Both the position numbers and the translations under genes were made by a program. This document shows positions 19,363-28,604 of a stretch of 64,000 bases of DNA, piece by piece. Source of the DNA: Candidatus Pyrohabitans jungbluthii (GTDB lineage Archaea; Hydrothermarchaeota; Hydrothermarchaeia; Hydrothermarchaeales; BMS3B); assembly GCA_002010065.2 (NCBI GenBank), contig MTMD02000008.1, forward strand, positions 1 to 64,000, read 5' to 3'. The stretch's first letter is position 1. Each line of letters starts with the position of its first letter. The notes under the pieces are model-generated. The model did not search any database and was not told where the DNA came from. It saw only the letters and a list, made by a program, of their open reading frames with translations.

Positions 19363-19974
19363 CTACATCCTCCCCACGGGGCACACGTCTGTACATAGAG
19401 TGCATTTCTTAATCAGCAAACCAGAATCCCGCTCAAGTGTCTGGTTGTACCTCCTGCACGCCTCAATATTAAAGCTTCCATTAAGGGCTCCCGAAGGGCA
19501 GGCTTCACAGCATATCTCGCATCCCCTGCACAGGTCGGGCACGTTTCTGGGCTCTGCCGCAAGCTCTGCGTCGGTAACAACGGCGCTGAACCTCACCCTG
19601 GGTCCGAACTCAGGCGTTATTATAAGGTGGTTTTTGCCCTCTACCCCCAAACCAGAGGCGAGCACAAGGGGGCGGAGGTCTATGCTTCTGTTGCTCGCTC
19701 CAAGAGCCTTGGCGCGGTAGCCCCGAGCCTCGAGGAATTCCTCAATGCTCAGCGCAATTGCGTCCATTATAACGTCTATGAACTGTCTGGGCTCCTCCCA
19801 AGAAGGGTAGCGCACCCCGGTGGCAAGGAGGGGGTGGCGGATTGACAATCCTAAAACTATGGCGCTTCTTGCCCATGGAAGGCGAAGGTAACTGAGCGTC
19901 TGCCTTGAGCGGGTGAAACCCACAAGCTCAGCACCCTTCTTCTTCGCAATCCTCTCAATCTCTTTTACAAGCAA
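19363..19974 (-). CDS. QueG/reductive dehalogenase-like 2x[4Fe-4S] protein
   Basis: GLG..GKN..LI.PEFGPRVR, CxxCxxCxxxCP and C...CxxCxxxCP. Confidence 0.75.
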   Translation of the reverse strand: MLVKEIERIAKKKGAELVGFTRSRQTLSYLRLPWARSAIVLGLSIRHPLLATGVRYPSWEEPRQFIDVIMDAIALSIEEFLEARGYRAKALGASNRSIDLRPLVLASGLGVEGKNHLIITPEFGPRVRFSAVVTDAELAAEPRNVPDLCRGCEICCEACPSGALNGSFNIEACRRYNQTLERDSGLLIKKCTLCTDVCPVGRM

Positions 19975-19986
19975 TCACATCACCGC

Positions 19987-20907
19987 CTAAAAGTAAAGCA
20001 GTGCAAATAGCAGGATTATAATATATAAAAGCGAGGCAACGTCGACAATCATAAGCGCTCGCTCTATCTCTTTGGTAGAGGCACTGCTATGGAAATCGCC
20101 TATAGTGTAGTGTCCAGGCTTTTTGAGGCGAACACGCAGTGCTCCTGCCATGATGCTCATCGCAATCCCTGCGTTTGGGCTGGTGGGTTTTTTTCTGTCC
20201 CTGAGGAAGCTCTCAAGGGCACCTCTTAGACTGGCGCGAGTCAAACATGTGGAAAGGAGCAGAAAGGGTATGAAGAGTCGAGCCACAGGAAAGTTGAGGA
20301 GGTCATCTAACTTTGCGGAGGGCATGCCAAAGGAGGCATACTTAGGGTAGCCCACCATGGCATCGAGGGTATTTACAGCGCGGTAAAGCACAGCAGCTGC
20401 AACGCCCAGCTCAAGATCGAAAAATGAGAAGATGGTGAAGTAGAGCAAAGGCGCTGCAACAGCATCAATGCTATTCTCTGCAATGCTCTCCACGGCTGCC
20501 GAGCTAATCTCCTCGTAGTTAAGCTGACTCGGATCTCTGCTCACTATGTATGGAAGGAGCTCCCTTGCACCCTCAATGTCTCCGCTTTCAAGGGCGCGCT
20601 TCACCGGCAGTGTGTACTCAGACAAGGCACGCCAGCTGAAGGTGGTTTTGAGCAGAATCGCAGCCACGGCAACCTTGAGGCTAATCCAGGAGAGCGAGGT
20701 GATCATGAGGTAAGCGGGAAGGGAAAAAACGAGGGTTACAATTAGGAGAAGGAGCACGCCCCCAAGGGCGTTGCATGGCATCAGCGGCTTGAGCATAGAG
20801 ACGACCTTGCCCATGTAGACAGTGGGATGCACCCTGTCGGGAGGTTCGCCCAGGATGCGGTCTATGAGCACAGCCCCAACCAAAGTAGCTCCTGCTTCTA
20901 TGTGCAT
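19987..20907 (-). CDS. cbiB: Adenosylcobinamide-phosphate synthase CbiB
   Basis: GEP...HP, ESIAENSID, YRAVNTLDAMVGY, SPNAG. Confidence 0.92.
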   Translation of the reverse strand: MHIEAGATLVGAVLIDRILGEPPDRVHPTVYMGKVVSMLKPLMPCNALGGVLLLLIVTLVFSLPAYLMITSLSWISLKVAVAAILLKTTFSWRALSEYTLPVKRALESGDIEGARELLPYIVSRDPSQLNYEEISSAAVESIAENSIDAVAAPLLYFTIFSFFDLELGVAAAVLYRAVNTLDAMVGYPKYASFGMPSAKLDDLLNFPVARLFIPFLLLSTCLTRASLRGALESFLRDRKKPTSPNAGIAMSIMAGALRVRLKKPGHYTIGDFHSSASTKEIERALMIVDVASLLYIIILLFALLYF

Positions 20908-20911
20908 CTCA

Positions 20912-22690
20912 TCATCCTCTTCCAAATACCTGTGACTCTATGTACCGCATGTCGAGGCTATGCTCCACTACATCAGCAGCGCGCTCAATCGCTGCGTCCC
21001 ATAGTTCTTCTACATCTCTGCCTTCAGCCTTCGCTTCTCTGCTTTTCAGCGATGAGATGTACTTCAGGAATACCCGCCTGAAGCCGAGGGTATCGAAGAT
21101 GCCATGGATGTATGTGCCCATTACCCTCTTCTGGGCGTCAAAGGCACCCTCTCCGCGGGAATCGAACCTGAGCAGGGGCTGATGGGTATGAAGTGATTCT
21201 CCCATGTGAATCTCATACCCTCTCACTTCCACCTTGCTTCCTGTTAGAGCCTCAAGGGCTTTGCCCTCTATGCGAGTGGTGCGCTTTTGCATCCCTTTGA
21301 AGCGGGTGGTCATCTTCAGCAAACCAAGTCCGCGATACTCCCCTGCCTCGAAGTTCTCCACACCCTCTTCGTCTATCACCTTTTCTCCTAGCATCTGATA
21401 CCCGCCGCATATTCCCATTATCGGCACGCGCCCTTGAAGCTCTCTAAGAGTCTCGGCAAAACCGCGCTTCTTGAGCCACTCCAGGTCGGCGATGGTATTT
21501 TTTGTACCGGGTATGATAACAGCATCACAGCCGCGCAGCTCTTGTGGTGAGGTGATAAAGCGCACAGCAACGCCGTACTCATAGCGAAGGGCGTCAAAAT
21601 CGGTAAAGTTCGCTATCCTCGGGAGGCGAATTACGCAGAGCTGCACAGCGCCCTCGCCATGGCTGAGCTTCTCCAGTGCTACGGAGTCCTCCTCTGGCAG
21701 GGTTAGGTCTCCTAGGTAGGGGAGCACCCCCAACACTGGCACGCCAGTGAGCCTCTCAATCTCCTTCAGCCCCGGTTTGAGAATATCTGGGTCTCCTCTA
21801 AACTTGTTTATCACCACACCTTTTACGCGGCGACGCCATTCTTCAGGGAGCAGCATGAGGGTGCCGTATATGCTGGCAAAAACTCCCCCTCTATCTATAT
21901 CAGCGACTAGTATCACGGGCGCGTCTGCTAGTTCAGCGACGCGCATGTTTGCAATGTCCTGCTCGTAGAGGTTTATCTCAGCCGGGCTGCCGGCGCCTTC
22001 GATTATTATGAGCTCATACCTCTTTTTAAGCCTGTGAAGCGCCTTCTTAACCGCCCTGATACCTTCCTCAAGCGCAAACTCACGGTAGTAACTCATCGCC
22101 TCCAGGTTTTTATAAGGCTTTCCAAAGAGCACAACCTGCGCTCTGCTCTCCCCCATGGGTTTAACTAGGATAGGGTTCATTTCCACCTCCGGCTCCACCC
22201 TCGCGGCAAATGCTTGGAGCGCCTGGGCTCGAGCAATTTCCTCGCCGCGAGGGGTTACGTAGGAGTTGAGAGAGGTATTCTGTGCCTTGAAGGGCGCCAC
22301 TCTTATACCTCGCCTTGCAAAAACCCTGCAAAGTGCCATTACCAGGAAGCTCTTCCCAGCGAAGGAAGAGGTGCCCTGAATCATAAGCGTCCTCGCTTCG
22401 CCCTGCTGCATGGCGCGGAGCCTGGCTTGCTGAAGCGTCTCTCTATCCCTGCGCTCCCCAAGCTTCTCCAGCTCCTCGCTCACCCTGGCTGCAGCGTCGC
22501 TGCGGTGTATCCAGTAGCAGTACTTGCAGCTCCACACTCGACGAGAGGTGCGCCTGCTTATTATCCACCTTCCTCCTGTGGAGGTATCCTCGCAGGGGTA
22601 GAAGGGACAGTAGCAGAAGGTGCAGTCCTGCCCTTCGAAGTGGCAGGGGTAGTACTCGCATTTCCTGTTGCTTCCTTTAAGCCTGCTCAT
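20912..22690 (-). CDS. cobQ: Cobyric acid synthase with N-terminal cysteine-rich small domain
   Basis: GTSSFAGKS, PFKAQN, EGAGSPAE, GICGGYQ, GTYIHG; N-terminal CEYYPCH..DCTFCYCPFYPC..WSC..C..IH. Confidence 0.92.
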   Translation of the reverse strand: MSRLKGSNRKCEYYPCHFEGQDCTFCYCPFYPCEDTSTGGRWIISRRTSRRVWSCKYCYWIHRSDAAARVSEELEKLGERRDRETLQQARLRAMQQGEARTLMIQGTSSFAGKSFLVMALCRVFARRGIRVAPFKAQNTSLNSYVTPRGEEIARAQALQAFAARVEPEVEMNPILVKPMGESRAQVVLFGKPYKNLEAMSYYREFALEEGIRAVKKALHRLKKRYELIIIEGAGSPAEINLYEQDIANMRVAELADAPVILVADIDRGGVFASIYGTLMLLPEEWRRRVKGVVINKFRGDPDILKPGLKEIERLTGVPVLGVLPYLGDLTLPEEDSVALEKLSHGEGAVQLCVIRLPRIANFTDFDALRYEYGVAVRFITSPQELRGCDAVIIPGTKNTIADLEWLKKRGFAETLRELQGRVPIMGICGGYQMLGEKVIDEEGVENFEAGEYRGLGLLKMTTRFKGMQKRTTRIEGKALEALTGSKVEVRGYEIHMGESLHTHQPLLRFDSRGEGAFDAQKRVMGTYIHGIFDTLGFRRVFLKYISSLKSREAKAEGRDVEELWDAAIERAADVVEHSLDMRYIESQVFGRG

Positions 22691-23768
22691 TCAGCAGTAC
22701 CTCCATGGCAGCAAGCAAGCGCAGATTCTCCTCACGTTTTCTAACGCAAACCCTTATGTGCTCCTCGCCGAGGTGCTTGAAGGTGGAGCAGTCGCGAATT
22801 AGCACACCCTTTTCTACGAGCTTAGCCTTCATCTCAGGAGATTTCAGTCCTGTTTCTTTTATGTTTATCAGGAAAAAGTTTGCAGCGCTGGGATAAACTT
22901 TTAGCAGGGGGAGGCGGCGAAGCTCCGAGAAGAGGCGCTTCTTCTCCTTTGCCAGGTACTCTCTGCTCTTCTCTGCGAACTCCTCATCTCCGAGCGCTGC
23001 AAGTGCCGCTCTCTGAGCCAGGGTGTTGACATTCCAGGGAGGTAACGCAAGGCGGAGGTATTTTGCAACCTCGGGTGAGGCGATGCAATAGCCGATCCTC
23101 AGTCCTGGGATGGAGTAAAATTTTGTCATTGAGCGGAGAACAACAAGGTTTGGAAAAGCTTCCACGAGCTGTAAGGCGCTTTCAAGATTTGAGAATTCTA
23201 CATAGGCTTCGTCAAGGAACACCAGTGAGTCCTTTCTCAGCGCCTCCTCTGCCAGAGCTTCTATCTCTTTAAGCGCGAGCGCGTGCCCGGTGGGGTTGTT
23301 GGGGTTGCACAGGAAGAGCACCTTGGCATCGCCTGCGCTGGAGAGAAGAGCATCTTTTTCAGCAGGTTGCATCAGTACATCTCGTACACTAGCCCCGTAG
23401 AGCTTGGAGAAGTACTCATACTCCGAAAAGGTGGGCTGGGGTATAACCACTGTATCGCCCTGGGAGAGAAATGCCTCGCAGAATGTTTTTATTAGCTCCG
23501 AAGAGCCATTTCCAAGCACCACACACCTCTCATCTACCCCATGCTTCGTGGCGATTGCGGCGCTTAGCTCTTCACCCGAGGGGGGGTAGCTCCTAACCTC
23601 GGCTATTGCTTTGGCAACTGCCTTAAGCACTCTACTGTTCGGTCCGAGGGGGTTTACATTTGAGCTGAAATCTATGAGTGTGTGTGGGTACCTCCACACA
23701 TCGCCACCGTGCGCAGCCCTTGTGGCTGTCTTCAGATTTCTGTTTACCAACAATCTTTCAATTTCCAT
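22677..23768 (-). CDS. cobD: L-threonine-O-3-phosphate decarboxylase
   Basis: HGG, DFSSNVNPLG, NPNNPTG, RSMTKFY..PGLR; cob context. Confidence 0.88.
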   Translation of the reverse strand: MEIERLLVNRNLKTATRAAHGGDVWRYPHTLIDFSSNVNPLGPNSRVLKAVAKAIAEVRSYPPSGEELSAAIATKHGVDERCVVLGNGSSELIKTFCEAFLSQGDTVVIPQPTFSEYEYFSKLYGASVRDVLMQPAEKDALLSSAGDAKVLFLCNPNNPTGHALALKEIEALAEEALRKDSLVFLDEAYVEFSNLESALQLVEAFPNLVVLRSMTKFYSIPGLRIGYCIASPEVAKYLRLALPPWNVNTLAQRAALAALGDEEFAEKSREYLAKEKKRLFSELRRLPLLKVYPSAANFFLINIKETGLKSPEMKAKLVEKGVLIRDCSTFKHLGEEHIRVCVRKREENLRLLAAMEVLLNEQA

Positions 23769-23776
23769 AAAAAAGT

Positions 23777-24850
23777 CTACAGCCTCCTCTTCTCTATTCC
23801 GGTGCTGGTTGGCAGGGTAAAGCAGAATTTTGAGCCCTTACCGGGCTCGCTCTCAACCCATATCTCGCCATTGTGACTGGTGACTATGCTTTTTGCAAGG
23901 TAGAGGCCCAGCCCCATTCCTGCGTATCTCCTACTGGGACTGCTATCTATTTGGTAAAAGAGGTCAAAAATTTTATCCTGCTCCTCGGAGGGGATGCCTA
24001 TACCGGTATCCTCTACACACACCTCTATCATGCCTCGCCCCAGAGAACGCGGCGACTCGCGCCACTTTGCAGATATAATGACTCTTCTCCCTTCCGGTGT
24101 AAACTTTATGGCATTGCTCAGCAGTACAATCATAAGATGAACCAGTGCATCTCTGTCTCCCTCCACCTCGGGCAGCGCTTCCTCGATGCTCGTCTCAACT
24201 ACTATATTCTTGCATGCAGCATGCTTTTCCATATGCTTGAGAGCAATTTCAATCACGTTGCTGATTTGTATCGGCTCTGATTTCTGTTCAGGTGCCTTCA
24301 CAGGCCCTGCCCTAACAAGCTCCCTGAGCAAATTTTCCAGCCTGAGGATTGCGTTCATTGCGGTAGAAACCATCTCTTCCGCTTCTTTCTCTGGATTAAA
24401 GGCTTCCAAAGAAGCCTTTGCAATCGTAACCGGTGTTAAAAGCTCATGGGTTATATTAGCGAGAGTGTTGTGCTTTATTACTTCCAGTTCCTCTTGGGTA
24501 ATGTCCCGCCTCTTCAGAATTAAAAGCCAGAGTTTCTCATCATGAAGTTTTATAGGCATTATTATGAGACTAATTGGCTCAGAAGTACCTAAAATTTCAA
24601 TTATTTTTTCTTTTTCATATTTCATTGCCTCTTCTAGCAGCTTCTTCTCTTCTTCACCAAAGGATAGTCCGAGAGATTTAAAAAATTCTGAGATATTTTC
24701 GCCTAGCAATGCATCACTGTCACGCAGGACACCAAAAATGCGGAACTCACTGTCAATTAAAACTGCACCATAGATGCCCTCTTCTAAATAAATCTTTCTC
24801 TCACTCTTAAGCCATGGCATATCCTCTTGCTTTTTCTTATCCAAATACAA
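23777..24850 (-). CDS. Cytoplasmic sensor histidine kinase
   Basis: H box THELLTP, N box LLSNAIKF, DTGIG, GMGLGL, GSKF. Confidence 0.9.
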   Translation of the reverse strand: MYLDKKKQEDMPWLKSERKIYLEEGIYGAVLIDSEFRIFGVLRDSDALLGENISEFFKSLGLSFGEEEKKLLEEAMKYEKEKIIEILGTSEPISLIIMPIKLHDEKLWLLILKRRDITQEELEVIKHNTLANITHELLTPVTIAKASLEAFNPEKEAEEMVSTAMNAILRLENLLRELVRAGPVKAPEQKSEPIQISNVIEIALKHMEKHAACKNIVVETSIEEALPEVEGDRDALVHLMIVLLSNAIKFTPEGRRVIISAKWRESPRSLGRGMIEVCVEDTGIGIPSEEQDKIFDLFYQIDSSPSRRYAGMGLGLYLAKSIVTSHNGEIWVESEPGKGSKFCFTLPTSTGIEKRRL

Positions 24851-25430
24851 TTATTCTGTAAAGGCTCTTCAGTGTCGGCAGCCACTTTATCATTATTCTG
24901 CGCAGCTCAATCCTGCCTAGGTAGCCAACGGTGTCATAGGCGGCGTCAAAGCACAGAAAGGCAACAAAGTAGGCAAAAGGTATCAAGGAGGCTACGCAGA
25001 TTGCAAGCAATGCCAGCTTGAGCGCAAACCTGTGAGCAAAGAAGAATTCCACCACTCTATGAGCTCTATTCGCATCTACGTAGTCATTGCCTTTCTCGTC
25101 TATGATGCCAAAGATTGTGAGAACAGCAAGCGGCAGAAGGAGAAGGTTTTCCCGTGCAAAAAACAGGATTGTTAGGACAATTAACGCTGTGCTTGCTGTG
25201 AAAATTCTGTTGTCTATTTTGCCTGAGAAGAGCACGCCCAGCAACACCGCAGTGAGTATGGTTGCAGAATAGGCGTCGGTTGCAGAGAGGGCTATCCACA
25301 GCACGACGAGAACGGCAGCTATTGCTGAGGCAACTCGCCTGCTGTGCAAGCCTTCGTCGAAGGTGTCGTCTATATATTTAAGGCCACCTCCAATCAGGGC
25401 ATATATTGCCACTAAAGGAAGCATATCCAT
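24837..25430 (-). CDS. Multi-pass membrane protein with Asp-rich motifs
   Basis: About 6-7 TM; KYIDDTFDE, GKIDN, DEKGND, FDAAYD. Confidence 0.75.
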   Translation of the reverse strand: MDMLPLVAIYALIGGGLKYIDDTFDEGLHSRRVASAIAAVLVVLWIALSATDAYSATILTAVLLGVLFSGKIDNRIFTASTALIVLTILFFARENLLLLPLAVLTIFGIIDEKGNDYVDANRAHRVVEFFFAHRFALKLALLAICVASLIPFAYFVAFLCFDAAYDTVGYLGRIELRRIMIKWLPTLKSLYRIIVFG

Positions 25431-25584
25431 CCCACCTCTTTTATAAATTACCCGTCAGCAATATATAATAATTACTTTAAAATCACGGAATCCTTCGGCT
25501 ATTTTTTAAATAATTATTTAACAAGATATTGATTTTTTTCATCTGTTTGAAACTTCGCTAAATGGCATTAAAGTCCGAGCTTAT

Positions 25585-28500
25585 TCAATAGTTTATGATA
25601 ACGGACCTCTCCTTTGGCAATCCTCCATATAGCTTTTCTATTGTTATCTTTACTGCCCTTCCAGAGCCCTTTAATATCAAAGAATTGTCAAAGAACTTCT
25701 TCATATTCTCTATTTCTTTTTTGGGGATAATATCAGGGTTAAGCACAATCAAAGAGGTGCAGTTCCACCTCTTGTAGCCTTCGAGATGTCTTGTTAATAT
25801 CTCCTCCATCTCCTCCCACTTGTAGTAGGAGATTAGGTCAGAGAATATGTCGATAATCACCCGCTTATGAACATCCTTTGGGAGCGACTTTATGCTCTTT
25901 ACTATCGCATGCTGAATGAGGATTAGATTCAAAGGTACAATAATCCTGCCGTCCTGCTCCAAAAGATGTGTTAGTGTGTGTTTTGTGTTTAAGGTGTAAT
26001 ACATGTCCAGAAATGTCAGATTTTTCAGGTGTTTCCGCGATAATTCTTTTAGAACAAAATCCCTAATCTCATTGTAAGACACGTTCGATGTAAAATATAT
26101 CACTTTATCTCCATTCTTCAAACCTTTTAGCAGGAAAGATTTAATAAATATGGATTTTGCTCTTGTTTCCTCACTGAGCAGAAGAGTAGAAGAGCTTTTT
26201 GCGATACCTCCGCCCACGAGTTCATCAAAGGCTTCAATCCCCGTTGCAACGATGTTTAGCGCTTCTTCACTCTTTATACCGTAGGATGAGAGTTTTTCAT
26301 TTATTGTTCTGGTTATTGCGGTTCTGAAAAGTGAATACTCAAAGGGAAAGCTTTCTTCTAGGGAGTCTAGGTAGAGCCTTAGATTGCGGCTGAATTCTTT
26401 TTCATCCATTGGTGGTGAATCCCCGTTGCTTAAGCTTCTGAAAAATTCACTGACATTTGCTAATTTTGAGATTATCTTTCTGTTTTCCTTTTCTGGAACA
26501 AATGCTGAGATTTTGTCAGAAACCGCTTTTAGGGTGTCCTTCAACACTATAGGGTAGTATTTCCTTGTGTCGAAGTGTCTTTTGAGGTCTTCTGGTAGGC
26601 TCAAGACATTAACACCAAGTAGTTTCTCAATGTCTGCTCGAATTTCACCTATACTCTGCCGTTTGAGAGAGAATTTTTTGCTATCTTTGCTGGAGTACAT
26701 CTCGAGAAGGAGCGCCACAGCCAGCGCATTCTTTACATCCTCTCTCATTTCAGGGAACCAGAAGGTTCGCGTGGTGGCGTCGAATTCTACTGCCTCAGCT
26801 TCAGGATATTCCTCGGCAAACCTTCTTTTCACCTTGTCGAGGATTTCCTTCAGCGCATCGATTCGTATCCAGAAACCTGCATGGTGGTTTAGGAGGTCAA
26901 CAAGGGTGCTTGTCTCTTCGGAAAGGTGCTTAATTTTTAAGGTGTTTATGGCGTAGATCTCTATCACAAGGACGGCAAAGTAGGCCAAGAAAAATGCACC
27001 GTGGAGAGGAAACATGTCTACCTGTGTGAAAGATTTATAGAAGAGGTAAACAATCACAAAGGCTGTAAAACCACTCAGATAGCTGAGGTTCGTCCAGATA
27101 TTCTTTTCCATTAGCTCTTCGAATCCTTTGTGGGTTATGCTGAGGTATCCTATGTATGAGATGAGAAAGATCACTATGAAGGCGATGATTAGAGGATAAT
27201 TTTCAATGCTGAGGACTCCAATTAATGGCAGAGTTCTGCCATAGGTGAGGCTGATTCCAAAGAATATTATAAAGAAAACTGAGATGTAGGAGACGAGATA
27301 TCTTGAGAAGTTGAGAAGATCATATTTTACCTGAATTCTTAGATTTTTTACTATTGAACGAAGGTCCAATATATAAAATGTGTAGAAGGCGAAGAGGAAA
27401 GTGATGTAAGTACCTGCTAGGAGTTGCGATTTCTCTCCAAGGCTGTCCCAGGAGAACATTGTCAATGCAAGAACATAGAAGCTTGCCCCCGTGTGCACAA
27501 AGAGGCCTATCTTAAGGTAGTTCCAGTACTTCAGTCCTGTTCTCTCTCCAACGACGCGGGTGTAGAAGGATACAACTCCAATTAAGAAAGTAAGAATTAA
27601 GACAATCGCATACCAGAGAGTTGGCACTTCTCTGTAAATGTCAAAAAGTGGGGTTTCCTTTATAGAGAAGTAAAGCGAGAGGGCAAAAAATGCGAGGGTG
27701 ACTGAAGCTGTGACTTTGACTATGTCAAATGGCATTAAAGCGCGCCATTTGGGATGGAGGATGGAGGGGTATTCGATTATATATCTTAGGTAGTGAATAA
27801 TCGAAAATGTGCAGACGATTAAATAAAAAGATAAGTTAAAAAATAAGTTTGCAGGCTCTTTAATATAAATGAACATATAGTAGGTAGGTAATGCAATCGA
27901 CAATAGAAAAGCCATGCCTCCAAACCCTGCTATAAAGAAAGGTTTATGCACAAAACCTACCTTTTCGTAACTCTTCGAAATGGAGAGTACAGAATAAACG
28001 AAGTACGATGTTAATAATAAGAGAACTGTTATATACAGAACTAATAAATTAAATTGAGACACTTTTGGAAATGTGAAATTTAAAATATTCATGGTTAACT
28101 CATAAGTGAGTACTACAGAAAATATATATAAAATTAGATAAGGAATTCTAAATAAATTCAGCGATTTTTTTATTATCGGCTTAATAAGCAGGTAAAGAGG
28201 GATATTAACACATGCATGTCCAATAATTTCAAATACTGCTGATAAAATTAGTATGAAATGGATAGTTGAAATTGAAAGAGTAGACAAATATAATTTATAA
28301 AGAAGAATTGCTTGTGTTATCACAATTAACCAGCAAAAGAAATCACCTATGAGTATACTATCCCAAACTTTTGACGGAGCTACTCTTTTAACTTCTGATA
28401 TAAAAGAAGCAGTTATAGAAACCTGAATAGCCATTATTATCAGGAAAATTTTTATGAAGAGAGGGATATGAAAATCTCCAGATGTTGAAGAAGCTTCAGC

Positions 28501-28587
28501 CACTCCAACATTGAAAGTTAGCAATACACTAAATAATAATAGCAATTTTACGATTAGTGTACTTCCAAACAATTTTGCTGAAATCAT
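25585..28587 (-). CDS. Large polytopic membrane protein with C-terminal degenerate KaiC/RAD55-like domain
   Basis: Signal-like N-terminus, about 15 hydrophobic segments, then VATGIEAFDELVGGGI...LLLSEETRAKS and RVIID. Confidence 0.8.
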   Translation of the reverse strand: MISAKLFGSTLIVKLLLLFSVLLTFNVGVAEASSTSGDFHIPLFIKIFLIIMAIQVSITASFISEVKRVAPSKVWDSILIGDFFCWLIVITQAILLYKLYLSTLSISTIHFILILSAVFEIIGHACVNIPLYLLIKPIIKKSLNLFRIPYLILYIFSVVLTYELTMNILNFTFPKVSQFNLLVLYITVLLLLTSYFVYSVLSISKSYEKVGFVHKPFFIAGFGGMAFLLSIALPTYYMFIYIKEPANLFFNLSFYLIVCTFSIIHYLRYIIEYPSILHPKWRALMPFDIVKVTASVTLAFFALSLYFSIKETPLFDIYREVPTLWYAIVLILTFLIGVVSFYTRVVGERTGLKYWNYLKIGLFVHTGASFYVLALTMFSWDSLGEKSQLLAGTYITFLFAFYTFYILDLRSIVKNLRIQVKYDLLNFSRYLVSYISVFFIIFFGISLTYGRTLPLIGVLSIENYPLIIAFIVIFLISYIGYLSITHKGFEELMEKNIWTNLSYLSGFTAFVIVYLFYKSFTQVDMFPLHGAFFLAYFAVLVIEIYAINTLKIKHLSEETSTLVDLLNHHAGFWIRIDALKEILDKVKRRFAEEYPEAEAVEFDATTRTFWFPEMREDVKNALAVALLLEMYSSKDSKKFSLKRQSIGEIRADIEKLLGVNVLSLPEDLKRHFDTRKYYPIVLKDTLKAVSDKISAFVPEKENRKIISKLANVSEFFRSLSNGDSPPMDEKEFSRNLRLYLDSLEESFPFEYSLFRTAITRTINEKLSSYGIKSEEALNIVATGIEAFDELVGGGIAKSSSTLLLSEETRAKSIFIKSFLLKGLKNGDKVIYFTSNVSYNEIRDFVLKELSRKHLKNLTFLDMYYTLNTKHTLTHLLEQDGRIIVPLNLILIQHAIVKSIKSLPKDVHKRVIIDIFSDLISYYKWEEMEEILTRHLEGYKRWNCTSLIVLNPDIIPKKEIENMKKFFDNSLILKGSGRAVKITIEKLYGGLPKERSVIINY

Positions 28588-28604
28588 TCATATAATATTA
28601 AAAT

